Part shown: positions 9,673 through 18,680 of the stretch, one piece after another
Numbering within the stretch: position 1 is the stretch's first letter
Layout: each line of letters opens with the position of its first letter
Virus record (IMG/VR): IMGVR_UViG_3300017565_000001
Span: 13,741-77,740 of that record
From: a virus
Lineage: Duplodnaviria; Heunggongvirae; Uroviricota; Caudoviricetes
Strand: one strand, 5' to 3'
DNA length: 64,000 nt
Translations under genes and position numbers: made by a program
The notes under the pieces: generated by a model
What the model was told of the DNA's origin: nothing
The model's input: only the letters and a program-made list of their open reading frames with translations
Databases searched by the model: none

Positions 9673-10476
9673 ATGAATTCCGATATCATCAATAAGCTGG
9701 TTGAACTTACCGGCAAAACCGAAGAAGAAATTAACGAATTGGTTGACGATTTGACTATGGATCAAATGTATACCATCATTGATGCCATGTCGAAAAAGGA
9801 TGATGCCAAACTACTAGACACCTTCAATCAAATCACCAACACAGTGGAAGAAGCCATGGGTAAGAAAACTACCATCAAGGGTAAGCTTCCAAAGCCTCGC
9901 GATCCTATCGCAAAGGCATTGGCACTACCTCAGAATCAACCCAAGCAAACCCCTAACAAGAAGGGCAAGCTTGAGAAAATGGATCGTAAGCATAAGGGAC
10001 GTACCGGTGATGACGCCGGTACGTCTTTTTCCATTGAATCTGTCGTGACTGAAGGTGTGGTTAGCGCAGTACCTGAAATCAAACGTATGTTGGCTCTAGC
10101 CGGTCAACCATCTGATACTGATGCCATCAATAAAACGATGGAAGACATGTTTGATATCAAGGTGTCAGACCTACCAGACTTTGGTCGCTTTGGTGTGGAA
10201 ACAACCCCACTGGGTCTCAAATTGACGCCTGGTGTTGTTTCTATGGATGATCCGGAAGACTTGTCAGATCTCATCGTTGATCCCGTAGATCCCCAAGTAG
10301 ACAATGTATCTACTGAGGAACCAGAATCTGAAGAATTTGCTTGGATCCGATCCAATCTGGAGTCAATCTGCTTGCGTTTGGAAAATGTCACCGTAGCCGA
10401 ACTCGCCAAAGTAAAAGAGCTTATCGCTGAATTGAATTCATGGTTTGACAAGCTCCGCAATCAAGTGAGTAAGTAA
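9673..10476 (+). CDS. late acidic protein, probable head-core protein
   Basis: Perfect TATAAATA at 9643; VEEA, SIES, VTEG motifs. Confidence 0.6.
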   Translation: MNSDIINKLVELTGKTEEEINELVDDLTMDQMYTIIDAMSKKDDAKLLDTFNQITNTVEEAMGKKTTIKGKLPKPRDPIAKALALPQNQPKQTPNKKGKLEKMDRKHKGRTGDDAGTSFSIESVVTEGVVSAVPEIKRMLALAGQPSDTDAINKTMEDMFDIKVSDLPDFGRFGVETTPLGLKLTPGVVSMDDPEDLSDLIVDPVDPQVDNVSTEEPESEEFAWIRSNLESICLRLENVTVAELAKVKELIAELNSWFDKLRNQVSK

Positions 10477-10703
10477 TGCGATACTTTGAGATTCTGGGCG
10501 GGATCCGTATGGAAGTGGATCAAGAAGAGCGTGACATGCTGGAGGCGTATAATCACGTTGGTATGATTCCTGATGAGGAATTGAATGAACGTGGGCAGGA
10601 AGTTGCCAGAAAAATGGTATCAAGGGGCCTCCTAAATAGACTTTCAAAAGATGGCAAGATATACTATGAGCCTAATGGTCTTGAGGAAGTTTGGAGAATT
10701 TAA
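10476..10703 (+). CDS. small late protein, possible winged helix
   Basis: TAATG coupling; QEVARKMVSRGLLNRLSKDGKIYY pattern. Confidence 0.6.
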   Translation: MRYFEILGGIRMEVDQEERDMLEAYNHVGMIPDEELNERGQEVARKMVSRGLLNRLSKDGKIYYEPNGLEEVWRI

Positions 10704-11308
10704 TGACAACAGATCCCCGTGAAATTGAAGCAATGGCCCGTTTGAATCGCATCATGAATGGTGAGATTCTTGAAAGTGATGAGTCAGGAGTTGATCCGAC
10801 TCAGGGTGTGGCACCGAGTGCTATTGAGGATATGAAGAATATCTTGAAAGCATTTGGCGGTGCAAGCGCAGTTCAAGAACAAGTAAAGGAAAGTCCACGG
10901 TTCCGCGAAGCAATTGCCACCCATAAAACGGCCCAAGGGGTCCAAATTGGATCATGGGAAATCAAAGTGAATGAAGACTCGACGGGTAAAACCTATGACG
11001 TCATCAACATTCACACGAGTGAAGCTATCGCTCTGGATTTGACTCTATATGAGTCGGCAGTTGGGTTGACCAAATTGCTGAATTTCCACGTGGGCATCAA
11101 CGACCCCAAGATCAAGAAGCTTCTGGCTCTTGAAGAAGAATATGCTCGCTATCGCCAGGATGCGGCAGTATTCAAGGTGCGCGCCAAACAGCGTACCCAA
11201 GCTGGTGATAGTTTCCGAGCAGCGGTTGCTGAGGATCGATTCAAAGAGAATCGAGACCACGCGATCAGGCTACGGGAAGAAATCGTGTCCTACACCAGGA
11301 CGTTGTGA
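10703..11308 (+). CDS. late protein, probable head-core protein
   Basis: TAATG coupling; ILES, VKES, VNED, LYES motifs. Confidence 0.65.
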   Translation: MTTDPREIEAMARLNRIMNGEILESDESGVDPTQGVAPSAIEDMKNILKAFGGASAVQEQVKESPRFREAIATHKTAQGVQIGSWEIKVNEDSTGKTYDVINIHTSEAIALDLTLYESAVGLTKLLNFHVGINDPKIKKLLALEEEYARYRQDAAVFKVRAKQRTQAGDSFRAAVAEDRFKENRDHAIRLREEIVSYTRTL

Positions 11309-11309
11309 T

Positions 11310-11335
11310 AAAAGGGGAGCATTAGCTCCCCTTTT
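11310..11335. terminator. bidirectional terminator, GGGGAG/CTCCCC family
   Basis: AAAAGGGGAGC-ATTA-GCTCCCCTTTT between convergent genes. Confidence 0.85.
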
Positions 11336-11343
11336 CCATGAGT

Positions 11344-11529
11344 TCAAAGAGTAAACTTGGATGCCATCAGTGCCAACAGCGCCATACCAACCACTACCGG
11401 TAATACAAAAACCATAAATGCGACAATTCGCCGCGCCAAGGTTTGAGCCATCATATGCAGGATCAAGCCCACAATAGAAAGCATCCAACATAGCATGACT
11501 ATGCACAAGACCGCGAGATTGCTTGACAT
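11344..11529 (-). CDS. small two-TM membrane protein
   Basis: GGAGG SD; two hydrophobic segments; minus-strand TTGACT upstream. Confidence 0.6.
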   Translation of the reverse strand: MSSNLAVLCIVMLCWMLSIVGLILHMMAQTLARRIVAFMVFVLPVVVGMALLALMASKFTL

Positions 11530-11627
11530 TGTTCCCTCCAATGAATGCTTATGATGATAATATTGTTAAACCAAACGAACTGAAAGTCAAGCAGATACAT
11601 AAATAACTGATACTATTGGCTGGTAAC

Positions 11628-11912
11628 ATGAAAGTATCAGACTTCAAAACATCATCAGAGCAAAAGCTGGCAAAACTGGCTGAAATGCTCAACCAAATGT
11701 ACGGTATCCAGATTGATTGGGAATCCCCTGAACAAGAACTGGAGAGCGTTCTATCACACTACGGGGACAAGAGAGCCGCAATTATGGCCGAAGCCTCGAA
11801 TGTAAATATGAATGCTGATTACACCAAAAGCGTACTCATAACAGAAGCTATCCGCATCTATCTGCGCGAAATTGCTCCAGTACGCAAAAAGAAAACCCGG
11901 AGAACCCAATGA
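11628..11912 (+). CDS. late protein
   Basis: ATAAATA at 11599; open frame. Confidence 0.65.
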   Translation: MKVSDFKTSSEQKLAKLAEMLNQMYGIQIDWESPEQELESVLSHYGDKRAAIMAEASNVNMNADYTKSVLITEAIRIYLREIAPVRKKKTRRTQ

Positions 11913-12577
11913 GAATTAATCTGATTGAAAACGAAATGGATCGCGCCTCGTTGATCCTGGCAGCCAAGGCTGTCGTAGACGACCTGCAAGATATGGCTGA
12001 AAAAGTCGCCAAGATGGAAGCAGAAGGTATCATGCCTTTGCTGGACGGTATTCGTACCAGCTTTGGTCCTGAATTTGCCGATCGCTTCAGTGATGTTTCC
12101 ACCCAAGCCCTGCGCGGTGCCTTGGAGTCCCTGAAGGGCGCAAAGGAACAAATTGGTTCCAATATCGACAACATGGAACAACTCGTCACCGGTGAAGGTC
12201 CAGGTAACGATATGTCCAACAACCTGGGTGTTCCTGCTGAAGCAGAAGTTGCCCCTGAAAACGATGACCAATCGGCTGCTGAAGTGGAAGGCGATGCCGC
12301 TGCAGAACCCGCCGATGATGGTGCAACAGAAGATGACGTAGAGGACGTGTTTGGTGATGAAGCTCCCGTGGGCCGTGCTCAAAAGGAAAGCGTCGCCAAG
12401 GATCCAATCAACATGCTGCGTGAAAGCAAGGATCCAGATACCTTCCTGTTGACCGAAACATTCAAGCGCATGAAGAAGGGCATGAAGGGTCTGGAAGCTG
12501 TAAATGAGACCGCTGCTCTTTATGGTGTTGATGCTGAAGACATCATCGCTATCGTCAAGGAACGCCAGAAGAAATGA
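11909..12577 (+). CDS. probable prohead core/scaffold protein
   Basis: Helical N-terminus and very acidic linker; LIEN, LRES, LTET, VNET motifs. Confidence 0.6.
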   Translation: MRINLIENEMDRASLILAAKAVVDDLQDMAEKVAKMEAEGIMPLLDGIRTSFGPEFADRFSDVSTQALRGALESLKGAKEQIGSNIDNMEQLVTGEGPGNDMSNNLGVPAEAEVAPENDDQSAAEVEGDAAAEPADDGATEDDVEDVFGDEAPVGRAQKESVAKDPINMLRESKDPDTFLLTETFKRMKKGMKGLEAVNETAALYGVDAEDIIAIVKERQKK

Positions 12578-13110
12578 GATACAGTGAACTGGTCGAAAGT
12601 GCCGGTAAGCGTAAGTTTGCCGTCACTGTCAGTTATGATAAGGCGGAAGGTAGAGTTTCAAAGACCTTCAACATCAGCTCGGTTACTGATGCGAATCATG
12701 CCAAAAGAATAACAAAAGACAAACACTTCCAAGGTTTGACAAACCCAAAGATCACTAGAACTGTTGAAATTAAGGCGGTGAACGAAAGTGAAGCGACTGA
12801 CAACTTGATCAGTTCAGTATTGGATCTCCTCACTCCCCTCGCCAGCAATGGCGTTGAATACGTCACCGTGGACAACCTTATCAATCGTATGAGTAGAATT
12901 CCCTCGGGATTCCATGTTGATCGCGAAATGGTTATGGATCTTTTGAGCCCAGATCACTTCCCTATCATCAAAAGCATCGAGGGTGACAAACTGTATTTGA
13001 AAACACCAGTTGCACCAGAACGTTCAGTATCAAGTGACCAAAAGGACAAAGAAGCTGAAAAGATTAAGGACACCGCAGCAAAACAGGCAATCAAAGCTAC
13101 CAAGGATTAA
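12574..13110 (+). CDS. late protein, probable head-core protein
   Basis: MRYSELVES N-terminus; VNES motif. Confidence 0.6.
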   Translation: MRYSELVESAGKRKFAVTVSYDKAEGRVSKTFNISSVTDANHAKRITKDKHFQGLTNPKITRTVEIKAVNESEATDNLISSVLDLLTPLASNGVEYVTVDNLINRMSRIPSGFHVDREMVMDLLSPDHFPIIKSIEGDKLYLKTPVAPERSVSSDQKDKEAEKIKDTAAKQAIKATKD

Positions 13111-13219
13111 GCTCTGATAAACTTGTCAAGTGCAGAACACTTGTCTTGGCACCTTAGTAAATACGATGGCTAGATTAATTTCTAGCCATCTTTTTACACC
13201 AAGACAACGGCACCCTATA

Positions 13220-13927
13220 ATGACCACGATGAAGATTAATAACCAATTCTCCTATACTCCCCTGGAGCGAGACACTAAGCCTACTGGTGAACGCGTCTAC
13301 CGCACACCTGGCGGGGATCTCCCAAGCGTCACCACTATCCTTAGCGCTACCTCTTACAAGCCTGAACTAGAAGCTTGGCGGGCGTTTGTGGGTGAAGCCA
13401 AAGCAAATAAGATTCGTGATGAAGCAACAGGTCTTGGTACACTGATGCATGAACATTTGGAAAATCATATGCTGGGTGTTGAACGCCCACGTGGTTCAAA
13501 CCTAGTGCGGCAAATGGCTAAGAACATGGCCGACCAAGTCATTAATCAGGGTCTAGTCAACGTTGATGAAATCTGGGGCATTGAAGCTCCCCTGTACATG
13601 CCAGAACAATACGCTGGTACTGCTGACTTGATCGGTGTGTATCAGGGTAGTCCGGCTCTAATGGACTTCAAGACAACGAACAAGATGAAAACTGAAGAAA
13701 TGATCAGTGATTATTTCTGCCAGTGTGCTGCATACGCTGACGCACATAATCATCTGTTTGGCACAAACATTCGCACCATCGTTATTTTCATGGTGAGTAG
13801 AGATCTAAAGTTCAAGGACTTTATTATCTATGACGAAGAGTTTGACAAGTACCTTGCACAATGGAAGGAACGCGTCGTCCAATACCAGGAAATGGCTGCT
13901 GCTGGAACGTTGCCTCAGAAAAGCTGA
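13220..13927 (+). CDS. PD-(D/E)xK exonuclease (Cas4/lambda-exo/MGME1-like fold)
   Basis: PSVTTIL, GT..HE, AGTADL, DFKT, QCAAY motifs. Confidence 0.85.
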   Translation: MTTMKINNQFSYTPLERDTKPTGERVYRTPGGDLPSVTTILSATSYKPELEAWRAFVGEAKANKIRDEATGLGTLMHEHLENHMLGVERPRGSNLVRQMAKNMADQVINQGLVNVDEIWGIEAPLYMPEQYAGTADLIGVYQGSPALMDFKTTNKMKTEEMISDYFCQCAAYADAHNHLFGTNIRTIVIFMVSRDLKFKDFIIYDEEFDKYLAQWKERVVQYQEMAAAGTLPQKS

Positions 13928-14208
13928 AGTCCTAACTTCGCATACATGATCATGTCAGTAAAGACTTCGTTTGCGAGGTCTTCACCGTTTAGAAGCACTA
14001 TACCAGGGTTGAGATGAGTTGCTTGACGTTGCGTTCTTGAAGCTGCGGCTGTAGAGAACGCATCGTATCCAGAAGATTGCAACTTCCAGTCAACACCTTC
14101 CTGGCCTATATTGGTTCTACACCATTCACATAAGTTCAACCAAAACGTTCGTTGTTGGTCCTTGTTCCATTGATTCATATCTTCAATGGAAATTTCGTAT
14201 ACTTTCAT
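13915..14208 (-). CDS. small FKL-motif family protein
   Basis: LCEWCRTNIG ... TDMIMYAKL. Confidence 0.65.
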   Translation of the reverse strand: MKVYEISIEDMNQWNKDQQRTFWLNLCEWCRTNIGQEGVDWKLQSSGYDAFSTAAASRTQRQATHLNPGIVLLNGEDLANEVFTDMIMYAKLGLQLF

Positions 14209-14444
14209 TTGATATCCCAAGTCAGTTTGAACATAGTAGCGACCATGGGATCTTTGAAGTAATAGATCACATAACCGGCATCGGTCCAGTGATCATAGTG
14301 ATACAGGGTCTTCCATGAATAGTTCACCAGGCCTGCATTGTCCATGCACCATTCATTCGCCAAACATTCATCGCCGGCGAACTGTCTGGGCCGCTTGCCC
14401 TTGTATTTGATTAGAACTGTATGGTTGAGTGTAGGTAAAGTCAT
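14205..14444 (-). CDS. small FKL-motif family protein
   Basis: AAGGA SD; ANEWCMDNAG ... FKDPMVATMFKLTW. Confidence 0.75.
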   Translation of the reverse strand: MTLPTLNHTVLIKYKGKRPRQFAGDECLANEWCMDNAGLVNYSWKTLYHYDHWTDAGYVIYYFKDPMVATMFKLTWDIK

Positions 14445-14558
14445 CGCTATTCCTTTGTGCCAGTTTAGCATCAGGAGCCAGAAGCGCAAGGTACTAAATA
14501 ACCTTGCCACCCACCTTAAACTCCCTCAGGGTGGCATCGCTTCTTAAAAGGAATTGAG

Positions 14559-15011
14559 ATGAACCCTTTTATGCTTTCTTCATCTGAAAGGCTTGAGGCC
14601 TGGGGTGTCTTCCGTGATGGACTCCCTGAGATGAACGAGTCTGAGCAATTGTCTAAGGTTGCTCACTTTTGGTCCCAATGCCCATATTCAAATTGGACAA
14701 TGGATCCCGAAAACACTAAGGAATGGTTGTCCGTGTGGGAAATTTTGTATGAAGGCGAATACTGCAAGAATGCAATTGCCCTGGGTATGGAAGCCACTCT
14801 GCGCTTTGCTGGATGGAATCCAGAACGTCTTAAGCTCGCAATGAACAAGAACACCGAAGATGGTGAGGAATTTTTCGTTCTGATAATTGATGACCAACAT
14901 GTTCTTAACTATAGTCATGGTGAAGTAGAAAAAGTTGATGACATTAAAGAATGCATCAACACACTTTACTCTTACCAATGGCGTGGTCGCTCATTTAAAC
15001 GAGCAACATAA
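14559..15011 (+). CDS. conserved protein with possible transglutaminase-like (BTLCP-type) fold
   Basis: GEYCKNAIALGMEATLRFAGWNPERLKL resembles the BTLCP Cys helix. Confidence 0.4.
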   Translation: MNPFMLSSSERLEAWGVFRDGLPEMNESEQLSKVAHFWSQCPYSNWTMDPENTKEWLSVWEILYEGEYCKNAIALGMEATLRFAGWNPERLKLAMNKNTEDGEEFFVLIIDDQHVLNYSHGEVEKVDDIKECINTLYSYQWRGRSFKRAT

Positions 15012-15052
15012 ATAACCACCCAAACAACAATAAGAAAAGAGAAGAGAGAAGT

Positions 15053-17494
15053 ATGCAAGTTCGCAAACGCAATGGCGATCTTGAGCCAGTAGATATGGAC
15101 AAGATCGTAAACAGTATTGAACGAGTTTGCGGCAACTTGGATGGTTTCGACCATACCAAAATTGCTGTCAAGACTGTTGGTGGCCTCTATGATGGGGTCT
15201 CGACTCGTGAGCTAGATGAGCTCAGCATCAAGACCGCAGTGGGATTCATTATCGAGGATCCCGTTTACAGCAAGGGCGCCGCCCAGCTGATGGCCAACTT
15301 CATCGAGAAGGAAGTGGCCGAACAAGAAATTCACAGCTTCAGCCAATCAATCCAGCGCTCCTTTGACGAAGGTTTGACCAGCCAGAAGACTTTGGATTTG
15401 GTTATGTCCAACAAGCGCAAGCTGAATGCCGCTATCAAGCCTAAGCGCGATGAACAGTTTGAATACTTTGGCATCAAGACGATCTATGATCGTTATCTGC
15501 TCAAGCATCCCCAAACGCGCCAAGTATTGGAAACTCCCCAGTATTTCTTGATGCGTGTTGCGGCAGGTTTGTCCGAGAATGCACAAGAAGTGGTTGAATT
15601 GTATGACTTGCTGTCAAGCCTGGAATACATGACCTCGACCCCCACCCTGTTCAACTCGGGCACCAAGCACACTCAGATGAGCTCCTGCTACCTGTTGGAT
15701 TCCAGCTTGGATGATCTGCGTGACATCTACAAGCGTTATCAGGATATCGCACTGATGTCCAAGTTCGCTGGTGGTATCGGTGTGTCAGCATCGCGCATTC
15801 GTTCAAGCGGTGCTCTGATCAAGGGCACGAACGGCAAGTCGAACGGTATTGTGCCATGGTTGCACACACTGAGTGGTAGCGTTGCCGCCGTTAACCAAGG
15901 CGGCAAGCGCAAGGGTGCCGCATGTGTGTATCTGGAAACGCATCACCCTGACATCATGGAGTTCCTGGAACTGCGTGACAACGTGGGTGAAAAGGAAAAG
16001 CGTGCGTACAACCTGAACGTCGCTAACTGGATTCCTGACTTGTTCATGAAGCGCGTCAAGGAAGGTGGTGTGTGGTCGATGTTTGATCCTGCCGTTGCTC
16101 CCGAACTGACCGATCTGTTTGGTGCCGCATACGAAGCTCGTTATCTGGAGCTGGAAGCTGCTGGTAAGTTCCAAGCACAACTGCCCGCACAAAAGATCTA
16201 TGCCCGCATGATGAAGACGCTGGCTGAAACTGGTAATGGTTGGATGTGCTGGAAGGATGCAAGCAATATTCGTTGCAACAGCGCAGTCAATGGTTCCGTT
16301 GTTCACTTGTCAAACCTTTGCACCGAAATTATCGAGCCCACCAACGCTGGTACTTACGTGCATTTGACTCGTGAAGAAGTCGCTGCTCTGACCCCAGAAG
16401 ATTTCGTTGCTCGTAGCATCAACATTCTGGACTACAATCCAGAAACCGATTTGTTCCTGGCTATTGAGAACGGTGAGACTGCCGTATGTAACTTGGGTTC
16501 GATCAACATCGGCCGTGGTTATGTCAAGAACGGCAAGCTAGATGTGGCTAAGCTGCACAAGAACGTCGCCATTGCTGTCAAGTATTTGGACCGCGTTATC
16601 GACCGCAACTTCTACCCCATTCACGAAGCAAAGGCTTCCAACATGCGCCTGCGTCCTATTGGACTGGGTCTGATGGGCTTGCAAGACTTGTTCTTCCAAT
16701 TGCGTTTGCCTTTTGAATCTGATGAAGCTATCAAGCTGTCGGCTCAAATCAGCGAAGAAATTTACTACCAGGCTCTCAAGACTTCTTGTGAACTGGCTAA
16801 GGTTTCTGGTCCTCACCGTGACTTTGAACATACTCACGCCGCTAAGGGTCTTTTGCAGTTTGATCTGGCTGGTGTCGTTCCCTCGGATGTCACTCGTTGG
16901 GATGCACTGAAGGAAGAAATCAAGACGCATGGTCTGCGCAACAGTCTGACTATTGCTATCGCTCCCACAGCTACCATTGCTCATATCTCTGGTGCTGAAG
17001 AGTGCATTGAACCTCAGAAGGCAAACCTGTTGAAGCGTGAAACCCTCAGTGGTGAATTTATTGCAGTCAACAAGTACCTGGTTGCTGATCTGAAGAAGTT
17101 GGGTCGTTGGGATGCAACCACGATTAACCAGCTGAAGCAGAGTGAAGGCTCTCTGGCTAGTGTTCCTGGCTTGCCTGCCGAACTGTATGAACTGTACAAG
17201 ACGGTTTGGGAAATTTCGCAGAAGAAGACTATCGAACATGCTGCTGCTCGCGGCGCGTATATCGACCAGTCACAGAGCTTGAATCTGTTCTTGGACCTGA
17301 ACAAGTTCCCTGAAGACAAGCGTACCGCAGTTCTGTCCAGCATGTACATGTATGCTTGGGAGAAGGGTCTGAAGACAACTTACTATCTGCGTGGTCGTTC
17401 GGCAACGAAGATCAACAAGGTAACGGTTGACAATCAGGCAGGAGCACCAGCAATGGCTCCTGAGAACCCTGAAATTTGCGATTCCTGCACCTAA
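15053..17494 (+). CDS. nrdA: ribonucleotide reductase class Ia alpha subunit with ATP cone
   Basis: VRKRNG ATP cone, TPTLFNSG, SSCY, NLCTE, CNLGS, APTAT, KTTYYLR, C-terminal CDSC. Confidence 0.97.
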   Translation: MQVRKRNGDLEPVDMDKIVNSIERVCGNLDGFDHTKIAVKTVGGLYDGVSTRELDELSIKTAVGFIIEDPVYSKGAAQLMANFIEKEVAEQEIHSFSQSIQRSFDEGLTSQKTLDLVMSNKRKLNAAIKPKRDEQFEYFGIKTIYDRYLLKHPQTRQVLETPQYFLMRVAAGLSENAQEVVELYDLLSSLEYMTSTPTLFNSGTKHTQMSSCYLLDSSLDDLRDIYKRYQDIALMSKFAGGIGVSASRIRSSGALIKGTNGKSNGIVPWLHTLSGSVAAVNQGGKRKGAACVYLETHHPDIMEFLELRDNVGEKEKRAYNLNVANWIPDLFMKRVKEGGVWSMFDPAVAPELTDLFGAAYEARYLELEAAGKFQAQLPAQKIYARMMKTLAETGNGWMCWKDASNIRCNSAVNGSVVHLSNLCTEIIEPTNAGTYVHLTREEVAALTPEDFVARSINILDYNPETDLFLAIENGETAVCNLGSINIGRGYVKNGKLDVAKLHKNVAIAVKYLDRVIDRNFYPIHEAKASNMRLRPIGLGLMGLQDLFFQLRLPFESDEAIKLSAQISEEIYYQALKTSCELAKVSGPHRDFEHTHAAKGLLQFDLAGVVPSDVTRWDALKEEIKTHGLRNSLTIAIAPTATIAHISGAEECIEPQKANLLKRETLSGEFIAVNKYLVADLKKLGRWDATTINQLKQSEGSLASVPGLPAELYELYKTVWEISQKKTIEHAAARGAYIDQSQSLNLFLDLNKFPEDKRTAVLSSMYMYAWEKGLKTTYYLRGRSATKINKVTVDNQAGAPAMAPENPEICDSCT

Positions 17495-17499
17495 GTAGT

Positions 17500-17525
17500 A
17501 AAAGGGGAGTATAGCTCCCCTTTTT
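17500..17525 (+). terminator. terminator after nrdA, GGGGAG/CTCCCC family
   Basis: AAAAGGGGAGT-ATA-GCTCCCCTTTTT. Confidence 0.85.
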
Positions 17526-17539
17526 AACCACCAAAATAT

Positions 17540-18085
17540 ATGGCAACCATAGAAATCATTAACTCGCCACATGAGGCGCAAGACCCCAACCATGGTCTAA
17601 ACATTTTCCTAGCTGGTCCTATCCTGGGTACTGGTGATTGGCAGAACGAGGCTGGAGAAATTCTCACTCGATTGGCTGGTATGGATCTGGATCCAGCTCG
17701 TCATATCAATGTGTTCAATCCACGTCGTCCTGAATTCACCGATCTCAAGGATTTTTCTGATGACACATTCTATGAACAAGTTGATTGGGAACATGAACAC
17801 TTGGCTAGAACCAAGGCACTTGGCATTATGGTGTTCTGGTTGGCGAACAAAACCATAGAGATGCCGCATCGCAACTTCGGTCTCACGACATTGTTTGAGC
17901 TGGGCGAAGCAATCGCTCCGCTGGCGATTAGCGGAGCGAATCCGATCGTTGTGGGCATAGAACCAGGTTTCACCAACGAAAAGTATCTGCGCTATACTAT
18001 TGAAAAGAAGGCACCAAATGTCACGTTGACTTCTGATTTGGAAGCAACTTGTATGGCAGCATACCAACACATCATGGCCTTTTAA
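17540..18085 (+). CDS. nucleoside 2-deoxyribosyltransferase-like protein
   Basis: IFLAGPI..GDWQ, FNPRR, EQVDWE, VFW, TLFELG. Confidence 0.75.
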   Translation: MATIEIINSPHEAQDPNHGLNIFLAGPILGTGDWQNEAGEILTRLAGMDLDPARHINVFNPRRPEFTDLKDFSDDTFYEQVDWEHEHLARTKALGIMVFWLANKTIEMPHRNFGLTTLFELGEAIAPLAISGANPIVVGIEPGFTNEKYLRYTIEKKAPNVTLTSDLEATCMAAYQHIMAF

Positions 18086-18188
18086 TATTGGTCAAAAGGG
18101 GGTGACTGGTTCACCCCTTCTTTATTGCAGATACGGCAATAAAAGCTATCATGTCTGATAGCAAATAAGCACATTATAAGAATAAGAA

Positions 18189-18653
18189 ATGCTTGATGAA
18201 TACGCCGATTCAACATCGGAGTCTGGACTCTTCGTAGCCGGATTCTTTGATGCTGATACGAATCAACGATTGACTGAATACCTTAAAGTCAACAACATTC
18301 CGAATCCAACCGCAGAGGGAAGCTTTCACGTAACTATCGTGAACAGTGTTGACCCGGTTGACTTCCCAGAAAATCACACGGTGGACATCTACATTCCCAA
18401 GGATCTTAATTTCTTGGATTGTTGGCCTACTCCCATGGGAAGGACCCTAGTGTTGCGATTGTTCAGCCCCTACTTGCACTTTCGATTTAGTGAATCGATC
18501 GCGGCAGGAGCCACATATGACTATCCAGTCTATAACCCGCACATCACGCTAAGTCCTGACATTGGGGATTGGGATTATTCCCACCTAGTGAAACCAGATT
18601 TTGATATTCACCTCATTGGTGAATATGGTACATATCACAATAACCACCACTAA
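18189..18653 (+). CDS. acb1: 2H phosphodiesterase, T4 gp57B/Acb1-like anti-CBASS nuclease
   Basis: Two HxT motifs (FHVTI, PHITLS); GLFVA..F, IPNP, W.T..G.TLVL...S.YL, GAT.DY match T4 57B as recalled. Confidence 0.8.
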   Translation: MLDEYADSTSESGLFVAGFFDADTNQRLTEYLKVNNIPNPTAEGSFHVTIVNSVDPVDFPENHTVDIYIPKDLNFLDCWPTPMGRTLVLRLFSPYLHFRFSESIAAGATYDYPVYNPHITLSPDIGDWDYSHLVKPDFDIHLIGEYGTYHNNHH

Positions 18654-18680
18654 ATAAAGCTTTTAAGGAGTATAAGACGA

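Noticed and set aside
13220-13927. Cas4 of a CRISPR adaptation module
   Set aside because: No Fe-S Cys cluster and no cas1/cas2 or array; it fits the common phage PD-(D/E)xK exonuclease.
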